Assembly (NCBI GenBank): GCA_965204745.1
Contig: OZ242010.1
Coordinates: 5,024,001-5,088,000 of the forward strand
DNA: 64,000 nt
Reading direction: 5' to 3'
From: Candidatus Latescibacterota bacterium
GTDB lineage: Bacteria; Latescibacterota; UBA2968
Shown here: positions 41,467-51,726 of the stretch, piece by piece
Layout of the letters: every line of letters begins with the position of its first letter
How positions within the stretch are numbered: position 1 is the first letter of the stretch
Notes under the pieces: generated by a model
Told to the model about the DNA's origin: nothing
What the model saw: only the letters and a program-made list of their open reading frames with translations
Database searches by the model: none
Translations under genes and position numbers: made by a program

Positions 41467-42654
41467 TCACCAATTCGCATTTCCCTTTTCCCACGGATGT
41501 GCTCGGAGCACGTCCTCGACCATTGCCGTGCCCCAGCCCGCGCCCGTGGGAATGGTCAGGTGCCCGTTTTCTATTTTGGGGAGATGCGTGACCATGGCTT
41601 CGCGCCAAGGCACGTCGTCAACGTCGATTTCCATGATACGCACGTTGGGCAAAACCGCGCACAGGCTTGCGCTGATGTGGGTCGAGAGGTGGCTATAATA
41701 ATTGTGGGGCGCGATGTTGAGTTGATAGGCTTCGGCCAAATCGCCCACTTTTTTGGACTGGGCAAACCCGTTCCACGGCACATCTATCATAAACACGTCG
41801 GCGGCCCGCGCTTGGAAATAGGGGATGAACTCGCGCATGTAAAACAGGTTTTCGCCGGTGCAAATTTTGGTGCGGGTCGCGTCTTTAATCTGGCGAATGG
41901 CATCGGGTTCGTACATGTCAATTTCGAGCCAGAGCAGGTCGAATTGTTCCAACACTTGGGCGATTCGCATGCACGATTCGGGCTTGAAATTGAAATTGAG
42001 GTCCAGATTGATATCTACCTCTGGACCAACCGCATCGCGGAACGTGCCGATGAGGGTTTCGATGTGGCGGAGCAACTGGCGCGTGACCACGCCATCCGTC
42101 GTCCCCGGCGTGCCGCCAAAGCCGCCAAAATAGACGCTGGCCGGGTCGCCCGGTATGACGATGTTGGTCTTGAGTGCGGTATAGCCCTTTTCCACCACCT
42201 CGCGCCCGAGTGCGGCAATGTCGTCCATCGTGCGAAGCGGCGGGGTCTTGAGCAACTCGTGATTGCGTGCGCGAGACGTGCCGCAGTGCGACCAGTACAG
42301 GCGGATTTGATCGCGCGTTGGCCCGCCAAACAGTTCGATGACGGAGATGCCGAGGGCACGCGCCTTGATGTCGATGAGCGCGAGTTCAACCCCTGCAATG
42401 GCTTTGGCCGCAATCCCCCCGGGACTTTGGCGCGTGCCGCGCAACATATCCCAAAAGCGCATCTCGTAAGCACGTGGGTCTTTGCCGATGAGCAAGGGGG
42501 CGAGGTCGCGCACCGTGCCGGTCACGCCGTAAGGACTGCGCCCATCGCTGCACTCGCCCCAACCGCTGATACCCGCATCGGTATCCACGCGGACAAAGAT
42601 CCACGGGCGCCAACCCGCATCGACGATAAATGTTTCAATCTGGGTGATTTTCAT
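41467..42654 (-). CDS. Mandelate racemase/muconate lactonizing (galactonate dehydratase-like) enolase-superfamily enzyme
   Basis: MKITQIETF, TDAGISGWGE, ELALIDIKARALG, KTN, TGEN, APHN. Confidence 0.88.
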   Translation of the reverse strand: MKITQIETFIVDAGWRPWIFVRVDTDAGISGWGECSDGRSPYGVTGTVRDLAPLLIGKDPRAYEMRFWDMLRGTRQSPGGIAAKAIAGVELALIDIKARALGISVIELFGGPTRDQIRLYWSHCGTSRARNHELLKTPPLRTMDDIAALGREVVEKGYTALKTNIVIPGDPASVYFGGFGGTPGTTDGVVTRQLLRHIETLIGTFRDAVGPEVDINLDLNFNFKPESCMRIAQVLEQFDLLWLEIDMYEPDAIRQIKDATRTKICTGENLFYMREFIPYFQARAADVFMIDVPWNGFAQSKKVGDLAEAYQLNIAPHNYYSHLSTHISASLCAVLPNVRIMEIDVDDVPWREAMVTHLPKIENGHLTIPTGAGWGTAMVEDVLRAHPWEKGNANW

Positions 42655-42671
42655 GTCAAACTCCTCGGGTT

Positions 42672-43184
42672 TTACCATCCTCCGACCTGCGCGCGATCTA
42701 CGATGTCTTTGGCGAGCATCTGGAGGGCGGCGCCGATGCCTTCTGTGCGGGCGAGGTCGCGCTGGCGGGTGGCGTCGTAAATGCCGTAGCCGCGTGCGCG
42801 TTCCATTTCCCAAAGCGTTTGCTTTTGCCGCGCGTCGTAAAAGGCCATTTTGACGAAAACCGAAATCCGATATTGCTCGGCGCCCGGTTGTCCATAGGTG
42901 AAGGGTTCTTCTTTGACCTCGAGCACCACGCCTTGCACCACGGCATCGGCGCGGTCTTCTTCGACCACGCGCAAGGTGCCATCGGAGACAAATTCCCGAA
43001 TCAAGCTGTCGGTCAATGCCTGATGGATGCCGGCTTCGAGACTTTCGTTGTCGAGCAGGGGAACGGCCACCGAGCGCGTGCCGCCGCTTCCCGTGGCGGA
43101 TGTGGAATAGTAGGCGCAACCCAAGCAAGGGATGAGCAGAAAGCAACAAGCGAACCATTTTTTGACGAGATTTGGGGCGATCAA
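42672..43184 (-). CDS. LptE-like lipoprotein
   Basis: LGC lipobox; SVAVPLLDNES...LTDSLIREF...ADAVVQG; start uncertain. Confidence 0.65.
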   Translation of the reverse strand: MIAPNLVKKWFACCFLLIPCLGCAYYSTSATGSGGTRSVAVPLLDNESLEAGIHQALTDSLIREFVSDGTLRVVEEDRADAVVQGVVLEVKEEPFTYGQPGAEQYRISVFVKMAFYDARQKQTLWEMERARGYGIYDATRQRDLARTEGIGAALQMLAKDIVDRAQVGGW

Positions 43185-43546
43185 CTTTTGTTCTCCGAAT
43201 CTGCGGAGGGCGATTCCGCGTCCGCAGGGTTGTCTGTTGTCGGTTCCTCGGCAGATGCTTCGGCGTCCTTTTTGATTTCATCGACGTAGTTCATTCGCAA
43301 TTCAAACAGGACGTGTTCCAACAACCTTTGCTCGTTGTCGTTTAAGTTGCCCTTGGTTTTGGCGTCCAACATGCCGAGGATGTCGATCATGTTTTTCGCC
43401 TGCTCCAAGTTGCGCTCGATCTCGCTGGTCACGGGGTTCATGACTTTGCCCAAGTTTTGCAAAGCCATGCCCTGAAACATCATGACCAGTTGCATGAACA
43501 GCAATTCGTTTTGCTGATCTTGCGGCGGGGTGTCTTGATCGATCAT
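43181..43546 (-). CDS. DUF1844 domain protein
   Basis: LGKVMNPVT...AKNMIDILGMLDAKTKGNL...ELRMNYV. Confidence 0.85.
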   Translation of the reverse strand: MIDQDTPPQDQQNELLFMQLVMMFQGMALQNLGKVMNPVTSEIERNLEQAKNMIDILGMLDAKTKGNLNDNEQRLLEHVLFELRMNYVDEIKKDAEASAEEPTTDNPADAESPSADSENKS

Positions 43547-43690
43547 TTCTATGCCCTCCTGTGAATGATGTGATACGGTATTGACGAGAGATAATATTTG
43601 CAACCTTCAGACTGATGTCAAGGGTTTGCGCGTTTGAGGAGTGAGACGAGATGGAGGTTTAGCCACGAGCGGGGTACAAGAGGCAAAAGG

Positions 43691-43785
43691 CAGTTGTCAG
43701 TTGTCAGTGGTCAGTGGTCAGTGGTCAGTGGTCAGTGGTCAGTGGTCAGTAGTCAGTGGTCAGTGGTCAGTAGTCAGTGGTCAGT
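43691..43785 (+). repeat. (CAGTGGT)n, about 13 heptamer units
   Basis: cagttgtcagttgtcagtggtcagtggt... Confidence 0.9.
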
Positions 43786-43870
43786 CCCCGCTCCGCCCAA
43801 CCCACTTCGTAGGCCCGTGCTCGCCCGAAGATACAGCCTATCCGCTATTCGCTGATTTGTTCTAATGGAC

Positions 43871-43899
43871 TTGCACGGAACGCTTGTTGTGGGTATTAT
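43871..43899 (+). promoter_or_regulatory. Putative promoter of the Uma2 gene
   Basis: TTGCAC-N17-TATTAT. Confidence 0.5.
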
Positions 43900-43955
43900 T
43901 TTGGACGGAAACATGGATGGAGAAAGGCATTGTCACTTCGCCTGGGGGGTTTGTC

Positions 43956-44561
43956 ATGACCGCCGTTGCATTGCAACAGAATGCCCTGACGCTTCATTTT
44001 GGGTCTGTGTTACGCATGAGCAGGCATGAGTTTTTTCAATTCTGCCAAGCCAATCCCGAGTTGAGGCTGGAACTCACTAGCAGGGGGGACCTGATCATTA
44101 TGCCACCGACAGGGAGCAAAACTGGACAGCGCAACTTTACACTTACGACCCAATTTGGCATGTGGATGCAATCTGATGAAACGGGTGTGGGCTTTGATTC
44201 ATCCGCGGGGTTCACCCTTCCAAATGGCGCGGTGCGCGCGCCTGATTTGGCTTGGATTCGCAAAGAGCGTTGGGAAGCCCTTTCCGCTGATGAACAGGAG
44301 GAATTTGCCCCGATTTGTCCGGACTTTGTCGTGGAACTGCTTTCTCGCACGGATCGGCTCGAGACCATCCAAAACAAGATGCGGGAATACATCGCCAATG
44401 GCGCGCAACTCGGCTGGCTCATCGATCCCAAAGCGCGGAATGTGTATGTCTATCGTCCAAATGAAGCGGTCGTTTGTCTGTCCGATCCCAAGACCATCTC
44501 GGGCGATCCCCTGTTGCCCAAGTTTGTATGTCAGGTAGGCAAACTCTGGCGAGATGAATAA
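43956..44561 (+). CDS. Uma2 family (DUF820) endonuclease
   Basis: GDLIIMPPTG, FDSSAGFTLPNGA.RAPD, CPDFVVEL.S, GAQLGWLIDP. Confidence 0.92.
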   Translation: MTAVALQQNALTLHFGSVLRMSRHEFFQFCQANPELRLELTSRGDLIIMPPTGSKTGQRNFTLTTQFGMWMQSDETGVGFDSSAGFTLPNGAVRAPDLAWIRKERWEALSADEQEEFAPICPDFVVELLSRTDRLETIQNKMREYIANGAQLGWLIDPKARNVYVYRPNEAVVCLSDPKTISGDPLLPKFVCQVGKLWRDE

Positions 44562-46525
44562 TGGCTTTGCGTACAAACAGGGCGTTGGTCGAGCACGTCT
44601 TCGACAAAGGCGCGCAGGACTTCGGCGGTGCTCCATGCTTGGGCAAAACAGCCTCGCGGCGCGTGGGGCGGGTCCCCGTCGAAAATCTCAGAAATGTGGC
44701 CCAAGCCAGATTCTCGCATGTGGTTCCGCAACGGCCGCAGCATGCGTCTCGCGGCGGCGCGGGCATCGGCATCTGCGCCTCGTAGGCGAACCCAAGCGGT
44801 GATGAAGTGGCCCATAAGCCAGGGCCAAACCGTGCCTTGGTGGTACGCGCTGTCGCGGCTGTGCGGGTCCCCGCCATAAGTCCCGCGATATGCCGGGTCA
44901 GAAGGCGAGAGACTCCGCAGGCCGTAGGGCGTGAGCAACTCGCGCTCGACCACCTTGAGAATGCGGCGTTCACTGGCCGCGCACAGCATGCGATGGGGCA
45001 GGCTGAGGGCGAAGATCTGGTTGGGGCGAATCGCCGCGTCCGGGCCTGTCTCGGTCAGACAATCGTACAGACAACCCGCGTCTGGGTTCCAGAACGCATC
45101 GGCAAAGCACGCGGCTGTTTTTGCCGCGAGATCAGCGTATTCGGCGGCGCAGTCGGGTTCGCCATATCGATGAGCCAAGTCGCGCATGACACACAGGGCG
45201 TTGTACCACAGCGCGTTGACCTCAATGGGTTTGCCACGACGCGGAGTGACGACCCAGTTCCCAACCTTGGCGTCCATCCAGGTGAGTTGCACCCCCGGCG
45301 CGCCCGCGCAGAGCAAGCCATCTCGATCCAAGTGAATATTGTAGCGCGTTCCCCGAACAAAATGGCGGATGATGTCTTTCAACACCGGCCAGAGGGTTTT
45401 ATGCACGAACGCATAATCGGCCGTGTAGGCCAAAAAGCGATCCACCGCATGGATGTACCACAGGGTTGCATCCACGCTGTTGTAATCAGGCGCGGCTCCG
45501 GAATCGGGAAATCGGTTGGGGATCATCCCTCGGTCGCAAAAGCGCACATAGTGGGCGAGGATGTCGCGGGCGACGTCAAACCGCCCTGTCGCCAGCGCGA
45601 GGCCGGGCAGCGCGATCATGGTGTCGCGGCCCCAGTCCGCGAACCACGGGTACCCCGCGATGATCGTGGCACGGGTGTTTTGGGATTTGACGAGAAAGGC
45701 ATCTGCACTGAGACCGAGCCGGGCGCGTCCGGAAACGGTTTGGGCAATTTTCTGCCTGCGATCTCTTTCGGCCCGCCGCAGGTCGTCGATCTGATCGCAA
45801 GTGACCGGATCGAGGCTGGCGAGCAAGTGTGCGGATTGGCCTTGTTCCAAGTCAAAAGTCAATTCTCCTGGGCAGTATAAATCCTCATGGCAGTCCAAGC
45901 CGCGATAGGCTTCCACCGCGTATTCAAAATTGTAATACCACATGCCCCGCGTTTGAAAGCGCCCGTTGTGCGCGAGGTGCAAGGGCGGGAGTTCGGGATA
46001 GGGTCGGAGGCGAATGCGGCCCTCGCGGATATCGACATCGCCATTGAACGCGGGGTTTTGCCGCGTTAGGTGGTGGTAGTCTCGGAACGCCACGAGCGGG
46101 CGCAGGGTAAGCCTGACCGGGCGATCAACCGGGCCATACGCGATTGCAGTGGTGTTTTGACCGTGGATCATGAAGATCTGTTTTTCAAGGCGCAGATCGC
46201 CGACGCGATAGGTAAAGATGGGATGGGGATCCAGGCGAAAGTGTCGAAGGTGGCGATACCCGTGCGGGTGGATGGCGCCGACATAGCGATTGGTGCTCAA
46301 GTCATACGCCCCCGCGCCGGGTACGAGGAGCGTTTCTTCGAGTTTGGACAGGGCGACGAATCGACCTCGCTCGTATGCTGGCGTGAGTAAGCCGTGATAC
46401 CGCCGCGTGTTCATGCCGATGATGGTCGCGCAGGCAAATCCGCCGATGCCATTGGTTTCGAGCCATTCCCGACCCATCGCTTGATCGAGATCGCGGCATA
46501 TTTCTTTTTCGATGTGGATGTTCAT
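44531..46525 (-). CDS. Amylo-alpha-1,6-glucosidase (glycogen debranching enzyme)
   Basis: EWLETNGIGGFA, RRYHGLL, AGYPWFADWGRD, TWMDAK, YHQGTVWPWL, AQAWS. Confidence 0.92.
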   Translation of the reverse strand: MNIHIEKEICRDLDQAMGREWLETNGIGGFACATIIGMNTRRYHGLLTPAYERGRFVALSKLEETLLVPGAGAYDLSTNRYVGAIHPHGYRHLRHFRLDPHPIFTYRVGDLRLEKQIFMIHGQNTTAIAYGPVDRPVRLTLRPLVAFRDYHHLTRQNPAFNGDVDIREGRIRLRPYPELPPLHLAHNGRFQTRGMWYYNFEYAVEAYRGLDCHEDLYCPGELTFDLEQGQSAHLLASLDPVTCDQIDDLRRAERDRRQKIAQTVSGRARLGLSADAFLVKSQNTRATIIAGYPWFADWGRDTMIALPGLALATGRFDVARDILAHYVRFCDRGMIPNRFPDSGAAPDYNSVDATLWYIHAVDRFLAYTADYAFVHKTLWPVLKDIIRHFVRGTRYNIHLDRDGLLCAGAPGVQLTWMDAKVGNWVVTPRRGKPIEVNALWYNALCVMRDLAHRYGEPDCAAEYADLAAKTAACFADAFWNPDAGCLYDCLTETGPDAAIRPNQIFALSLPHRMLCAASERRILKVVERELLTPYGLRSLSPSDPAYRGTYGGDPHSRDSAYHQGTVWPWLMGHFITAWVRLRGADADARAAARRMLRPLRNHMRESGLGHISEIFDGDPPHAPRGCFAQAWSTAEVLRAFVEDVLDQRPVCTQSHYSSRQSLPT

Positions 46526-46570
46526 GATCTGTTTCCATTTCCCGGGCGATCTTTCACCTGCCCGCCGACC

Positions 46571-46599
46571 TTGACAGCGAGGCGTTTTGTGGCTATTGA
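46571..46599 (+). promoter_or_regulatory. Putative promoter of the methyltransferase gene
   Basis: TTGACA-N17-TATTGA. Confidence 0.5.
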
Positions 46600-46615
46600 T
46601 CAGAGAGATAGAATA

Positions 46616-47926
46616 ATGGCATCAAACGCGAGTCAACTGGCTTTTGATTTTTCCGGTACTGTGCAGCAAAAATCAAATGGCTACCCTACTTCTTTTGTAG
46701 AGGACATTAAAAATTTCAATGCGTTCGGCAAAGAGACGATTGTGACTTCAACCGAGGTCGAACGGGTGGGCGGGGATTCGGGGTGCCAGCGGGTTCGGGT
46801 TGAAACGTATGTGAACGAATTTTGGACCTCGAAACAACGGGCCGCAAACGCGCTCCACGAGATCTCGTATCGGGCGTGTTTCAAGCCCCAACTGCCCAGA
46901 TTTTTTATCGACCGATTAACCGCGCCGGGGGATGTGGTCTATGACCCCTTTGCCGGACGGGGTACGACGCTCATCGAATCCGCGCTGTTGGGCCGCGTGC
47001 CTATCGGGTGCGATGTCAATCCCCTGAGTGCGATCCTCACCCTTCCCCGTCTGCACCCGCCCACCAGTGAGCAAGTCGCCGATAGGCTGTCGCGCATCGC
47101 GCTCGATGAGGGGGATGAATATCCCGAAGAACTATTGGTCTTTTACCATCCCGAAACCCTGAAGCGGATTTGCGCCCTTAAAAAATATCTGACAGACAGA
47201 GAACGCGGTGGAAAACTCGACGAGGTCGATCAATGGATTCGCGTGGTCGCGCTGAATCGCTTGACGGGTCACTCATCGGGGTTTTTTTCTGTTTATACCC
47301 TGCCGCCCAATCAGGCGGTCTCGGTTGACGCGCAGCGAAAAATCAACGCAAAGAGAAAGCAAGAACCCCCGTTGCGAGACGTCAAAACCATCATCCTAAA
47401 AAAAACGTGCGCCCTTTTGAAACACTGCGACGACCACACGCGAGACACGTTGAGTCGCGTGTCGCATCGGGCGCGATTCCTCACGCAACCCGCGGATAGC
47501 GTGCCCGAAATCGCGTCTAATTCCGTCGCCCTCGTCGTGACCTCTCCGCCCTTTCTCAATGTGGTCAACTACGCGCAAGACAATTGGCTCAGGTGTTGGT
47601 TTTGCGGCATAGATGCCCAATCCGTTCCCATTACGATGCAAAAAAAAATTGCAGACTGGCAGCGCGTTATGACGCGGGTTTTTGCCGAATTGGAACGGGT
47701 ATTAAAACCCGGCGGATATGTCGCCTTTGAAGTCGGCGAAGTCCGCCACGGCAAAGTAAAACTCGAAGAAGCCGCGATCCCGTGCGGCCTCGAGGCGGGC
47801 CTGACGCCGGTACTGGTTTTGATCAACGCGCAGAAATTCACCAAAACCGCCAATGTTTGGGGCGTTGACAATGGCAGAAAAGGCACGAACACCAATCGGA
47901 TCGTCGCGTTCAAAAAGAATGAGTGA
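46616..47926 (+). CDS. DNA amino-methyltransferase (N4-C/N6-A type)
   Basis: Motif I DPFAGRGTT precedes motif IV TSPPF; RVLKPGG. Confidence 0.85.
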   Translation: MASNASQLAFDFSGTVQQKSNGYPTSFVEDIKNFNAFGKETIVTSTEVERVGGDSGCQRVRVETYVNEFWTSKQRAANALHEISYRACFKPQLPRFFIDRLTAPGDVVYDPFAGRGTTLIESALLGRVPIGCDVNPLSAILTLPRLHPPTSEQVADRLSRIALDEGDEYPEELLVFYHPETLKRICALKKYLTDRERGGKLDEVDQWIRVVALNRLTGHSSGFFSVYTLPPNQAVSVDAQRKINAKRKQEPPLRDVKTIILKKTCALLKHCDDHTRDTLSRVSHRARFLTQPADSVPEIASNSVALVVTSPPFLNVVNYAQDNWLRCWFCGIDAQSVPITMQKKIADWQRVMTRVFAELERVLKPGGYVAFEVGEVRHGKVKLEEAAIPCGLEAGLTPVLVLINAQKFTKTANVWGVDNGRKGTNTNRIVAFKKNE

Positions 47927-48050
47927 AGCGCGCGCTTCAAATTCATCCAAATCGGGTCATAAAAAAATAAAACGTCACAAGGCGGGTTTTCTTTTTTCGG
48001 AAGATATGTTATATTTTGGCACGCCACTTTGAAACTGATAGGAGGAAGAA

Positions 48051-48863
48051 ATGGAATTGTGCTATTTTGCCGATGAAATCGACAAAGCCGATTTTGATGC
48101 GTCCGTGCGATTGGGCGCAGAAGCCGGGGCGACCGGGATCGAGTTGCGCGGCGGGATATGGGGCAAGCGCGTTCAAGAAATTGACGATGAGGACTTGAAG
48201 CGCGTTCGGGATGTGCTGGCAAAGTACGACATGACCGTGATGGCTGTCGGCTCGCCCGTGGGCAAGTGCGCGCACGACAGCGAAAGGGAAAAGGCCGAGC
48301 ACCAGCGCGTATTTGACCGCATGATCGAACTCGCCCACGCCTTGGGCACAACGGTCATCCGAGGCTTTTCCCTGTGGAATCCCAATCGAAAACAAGGGGA
48401 TAGGGAAAATCGGCCCGGCGTTAAAAAGCATCTCGATGTGATCGTGCCCTTCCTCGAACCCATTGTCAAAACCGCCGAGCGCGAGGGCGTGACCCTGTCC
48501 TTGGAAAACGAGGGCGCGACTATCGCCGGCACTTGTGCAGAAGCGCGGATGGTGGCCGACGCGCTGGGCACTACCCCGGGATTTAGCTTTTGCTGGGACG
48601 TGAACAATGGCATCGGCTGTGGCGAACGCGCCGTGCCCGATGGCTACGAGCAGATTAGGGGGCGAATCACCCATGTACACGTCAAGCCCAATCCCGAGAA
48701 GGAACTCGACCCGATTCGCGGAAGCGAAATGAAATACGCCGAATTGCTCGAGATACTCCGCGCAGATGGCTATGCGGGCAATGTGAGCATCGAGCACTGG
48801 GGGTCGCCCGCCTTGATGCTAAAGGGCGTGCGGCAATTGCGCGCGGTTTTGGATGAGCTGTAA
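48051..48863 (+). CDS. Sugar-phosphate isomerase/epimerase TIM barrel
   Basis: FADEI, IELRG, GSPVGK, LENE, WDVNN, HVHVK, SIEH. Confidence 0.85.
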   Translation: MELCYFADEIDKADFDASVRLGAEAGATGIELRGGIWGKRVQEIDDEDLKRVRDVLAKYDMTVMAVGSPVGKCAHDSEREKAEHQRVFDRMIELAHALGTTVIRGFSLWNPNRKQGDRENRPGVKKHLDVIVPFLEPIVKTAEREGVTLSLENEGATIAGTCAEARMVADALGTTPGFSFCWDVNNGIGCGERAVPDGYEQIRGRITHVHVKPNPEKELDPIRGSEMKYAELLEILRADGYAGNVSIEHWGSPALMLKGVRQLRAVLDEL

Positions 48864-49020
48864 ATGTTGCGACGAGCGGACAGCAGGGATAAGGCGTTCG
48901 CCTGTTGTTTGGACGGGATGATTTTGACACGCGCTTGATGGATGATTTGCCGCGCTTGGACCTGCTCAAAGCGGCTTATCTATCAAAACGCGCAAAAGTG
49001 ATTGGGCGAAGGGTGAAGCT

Positions 49021-50190
49021 ATGTTTTTGAGATCGCACGAGAAGCAAAAAGGGACGCAACCTGGCGCCTCGCCTTTTCCACCGCTTTCAGCCGAGCGAAT
49101 CGCCGCGGCCAGACAACGACATGGCAACGCGATTGATCCGTATTTGGCGCATCTGCACTTGGGCGATCCCATCGCTGACGATCTCATTCTCCATTTTGAA
49201 AAACTGCCGCAGGGCCATGGATTTCGCATGCTATCTCATGCCCTCAAGAACGGCATTGCGTCTATCGACAATCCGCCCAAACCCCTGGTGGTGCTGTTTG
49301 AACAACTCGATAGCGTGCCCACCTGGGTGGACTGGGATCTCATGCGCGTTGCGAGCAAGAAGATCATCCGCTCGGGGCTGCTCACCGCCTTGTCTTTCGC
49401 CGCCTACGCCTTGCCGCACACCTACCTTGCGACCGCCAACAAACCCCTCGCTTTTACGCGCACCCTCCTCAATAAGACCGCCCATCGCTACGCCCAAACC
49501 CTGCGCTTGATCACCGAAAGTTTCCTGCCGGGCGGCTTGCAACGCCAGGCGGATGGCTTTGAGTTGGTGGTTTTTGTGCGCGTCTTGCACGCCCGGATTC
49601 GGCGGCAGATCCTCCAGTCGAACAAGTGGGACAAAAGCACGCCCGAACTCCCGCTCAATCAAGCGCACATGGCGATGGATGTCATTTTTTTCTCGCGCTA
49701 TGTCATTCAGGGGATGAAGCGATTGGGGATGCGTTTGACGCGCCGCGAGGAGGAAGGCGTTCTCATGACATGGCGTTATATCGGGTATCTCTTTGCCATC
49801 GATCCCGAAATGGTCTGCGCGTCAGAAGAACAAGCGCGGCGGATGATAGAGATCGCGTTCAGCTTGGAATTTGATCCGGACGAAACCTCGAAGCACCTTT
49901 GCCAAGCCCTGATCCATGCAGGCCCGGCGCTGATGAAAATTGAGAACGAACGCCAAGCGCGCTTTTTCGTCAGCATGGCCAATCCCATATCGCGCCACCT
50001 GCTCGGCGACAAGCTCGCGGATCAGTTGGGCTATCCCAAGCAAAAGCGGCGGTTGTTGTGCTATGGCTTCATCGCCCTCGTGTGGCTCTCCGAGCGGGTT
50101 CCGTGGCTGGTCCCCCGTGCGATCAAGGAATACAAGGGCGTGGTGTTCTGGCTCGAGAAAGGCGACTACGAGACATCCATCTTCGACTAA
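49021..50190 (+). CDS. DUF2236 / MpaB-rubber-oxygenase-like heme oxygenase
   Basis: GDPIAD, PTWVDW, VRVLHARIR, PLNQAHMA, WRYIGYL. Confidence 0.8.
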   Translation: MFLRSHEKQKGTQPGASPFPPLSAERIAAARQRHGNAIDPYLAHLHLGDPIADDLILHFEKLPQGHGFRMLSHALKNGIASIDNPPKPLVVLFEQLDSVPTWVDWDLMRVASKKIIRSGLLTALSFAAYALPHTYLATANKPLAFTRTLLNKTAHRYAQTLRLITESFLPGGLQRQADGFELVVFVRVLHARIRRQILQSNKWDKSTPELPLNQAHMAMDVIFFSRYVIQGMKRLGMRLTRREEEGVLMTWRYIGYLFAIDPEMVCASEEQARRMIEIAFSLEFDPDETSKHLCQALIHAGPALMKIENERQARFFVSMANPISRHLLGDKLADQLGYPKQKRRLLCYGFIALVWLSERVPWLVPRAIKEYKGVVFWLEKGDYETSIFD

Positions 50191-51536
50191 CCCCGGCGCT
50201 CGCACACCTCGACCGGCAGGCCGTGCTTAAAAAAGTAGCCCGCCATGGTTTTCAACGCCGGCGGCCCCTCCGAGACGACCTCGAGCCGCCAGCGTTGGGC
50301 GATGCTCGCCAAGGCGTACACCCCGCTCATCAGGGCGAACGCCTCGCCGACGCAACCGCGAGAACCGGCGCCGAATGGCATGTACGCGTACCGCGGGCGC
50401 TCGGGTTGCTCGTCCAGCCAGCGTTCTGGCAGAAACTGCTCCGGGCGCGGGAAATACCGCTCATTCCTGTGGGACGCATAGCAACAGAGTTGCACATTCG
50501 CGCCCTTGGGCATGAAATAGCCGCCGATAGTGCAGTCTTCGATGGCCCGTCGGCCGATATAATAAGAGGGCGACGCGAGGCGCAAGGTCTCGTCGAGCAC
50601 GGCGCGGGTATAGACGAGTTGGTCGTAGTCCGCCAAAGCCGGCGTCCGGCCGCCCAACACCGAGTCGATCTCCCGCTCCATCCGCTCGCGCACAGATGGG
50701 TTCCTGCTCAAAAAATAGAACGCCCACGCCAGCGTGCAACCCGTCGTTTCGTGAGATGCCATCAGCATCTCTATCACTTCGTCCAATATCTCAAAGTCAT
50801 CAAACGCGGTTTTGCCGTGCTCGTCTGTGGCGTGGACCAGAAACGCCACCAGATCGGTTCGCTCTCCGGAATCCGCACGGGCCGCGCGAATAGACGCCCG
50901 GATAATCTCGTCCATCGGTTGCTTGAGACGCATCAGCCGCCGGTAGCGAGGCAACACGCGCTTGATCAAATAGCGGCCCGGCAGCAGGGCCAATTGGAAA
51001 TCCAAAATCAACAAATCGATCAGATTCTTGGCCATCTCGTTGTCGATCCGCGTCTTGTCCTCGAAAAAGACCTCGAGCGAGATGGACAGCGTCAACTGAC
51101 GCATCTCCCGATCCGCATCGACGATCTGACCGCGGTGCCATTCCTCCCGCTTGGCAATCGCGCGCTCGGCCATAATGGCGGCGTATTTGTCCAGTGCTTT
51201 CCGGTGAAAGAACGGCTGGATGATCCTTCGCCGCCGCAGGTGATCCTCGCCATCCCCAGTCACGAGCGTTGGCCCGTGCAGAACCGTGTTGCGCTTGTAA
51301 ATAAACCCCTTTTCAAATGACGACCGCTTCTCGTAGAGCACCTCTCGGATCAACTCGGGATCGAAGATGATGCAGAACTCGAGAAAGAGGATGTTGTACC
51401 TGACGATGTCGCCATAGTCCCCGTGCAATCCCACAAAAAGCCCGAGCGTATCCCGAATCCGCCTGATCGCGTTGCGGATATAATGCCCTTTCGCACTCGG
51501 CGGAAGCGGCGCGCGTTCAATGGCCGGTGTCTCCAT
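50187..51536 (-). CDS. Cytochrome P450
   Basis: ASHETT, ETLR, PERW, FGAGSRGCVG. Confidence 0.95.
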   Translation of the reverse strand: METPAIERAPLPPSAKGHYIRNAIRRIRDTLGLFVGLHGDYGDIVRYNILFLEFCIIFDPELIREVLYEKRSSFEKGFIYKRNTVLHGPTLVTGDGEDHLRRRRIIQPFFHRKALDKYAAIMAERAIAKREEWHRGQIVDADREMRQLTLSISLEVFFEDKTRIDNEMAKNLIDLLILDFQLALLPGRYLIKRVLPRYRRLMRLKQPMDEIIRASIRAARADSGERTDLVAFLVHATDEHGKTAFDDFEILDEVIEMLMASHETTGCTLAWAFYFLSRNPSVRERMEREIDSVLGGRTPALADYDQLVYTRAVLDETLRLASPSYYIGRRAIEDCTIGGYFMPKGANVQLCCYASHRNERYFPRPEQFLPERWLDEQPERPRYAYMPFGAGSRGCVGEAFALMSGVYALASIAQRWRLEVVSEGPPALKTMAGYFFKHGLPVEVCERRG

Positions 51537-51561
51537 AGCTCATTCATCCTTTCTTTTTTTG

Positions 51562-51660
51562 TAAGACGTGAGAGGCAAGACGTGAGAGGCGAGAGGCAAG
51601 ACGTGAGAGGCAAGACGTGAGACGTGAGACGTGAGACGTGAGAGGCAAGACGTGAGAGGG
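51562..51660 (+). repeat. (GAGACGT/AAGACGT/GAGAGGC)n heptamer tract
   Basis: aagacgtgagaggcaagacgtgagaggc...gagacgtgagacgt. Confidence 0.85.
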
Positions 51661-51726
51661 CCACCCATCCCAAAACCCGGTGATTCGGGCGGGCACGGGG
51701 CACCGTCCCTACGGCTTTCTGCTCAG

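Noticed and set aside
41467-43281. 604-aa fused ORF
   Set aside because: The upstream part is an alternative frame of the LptE-like gene; the real start is MKITQ at 42654 after GAGGAG.
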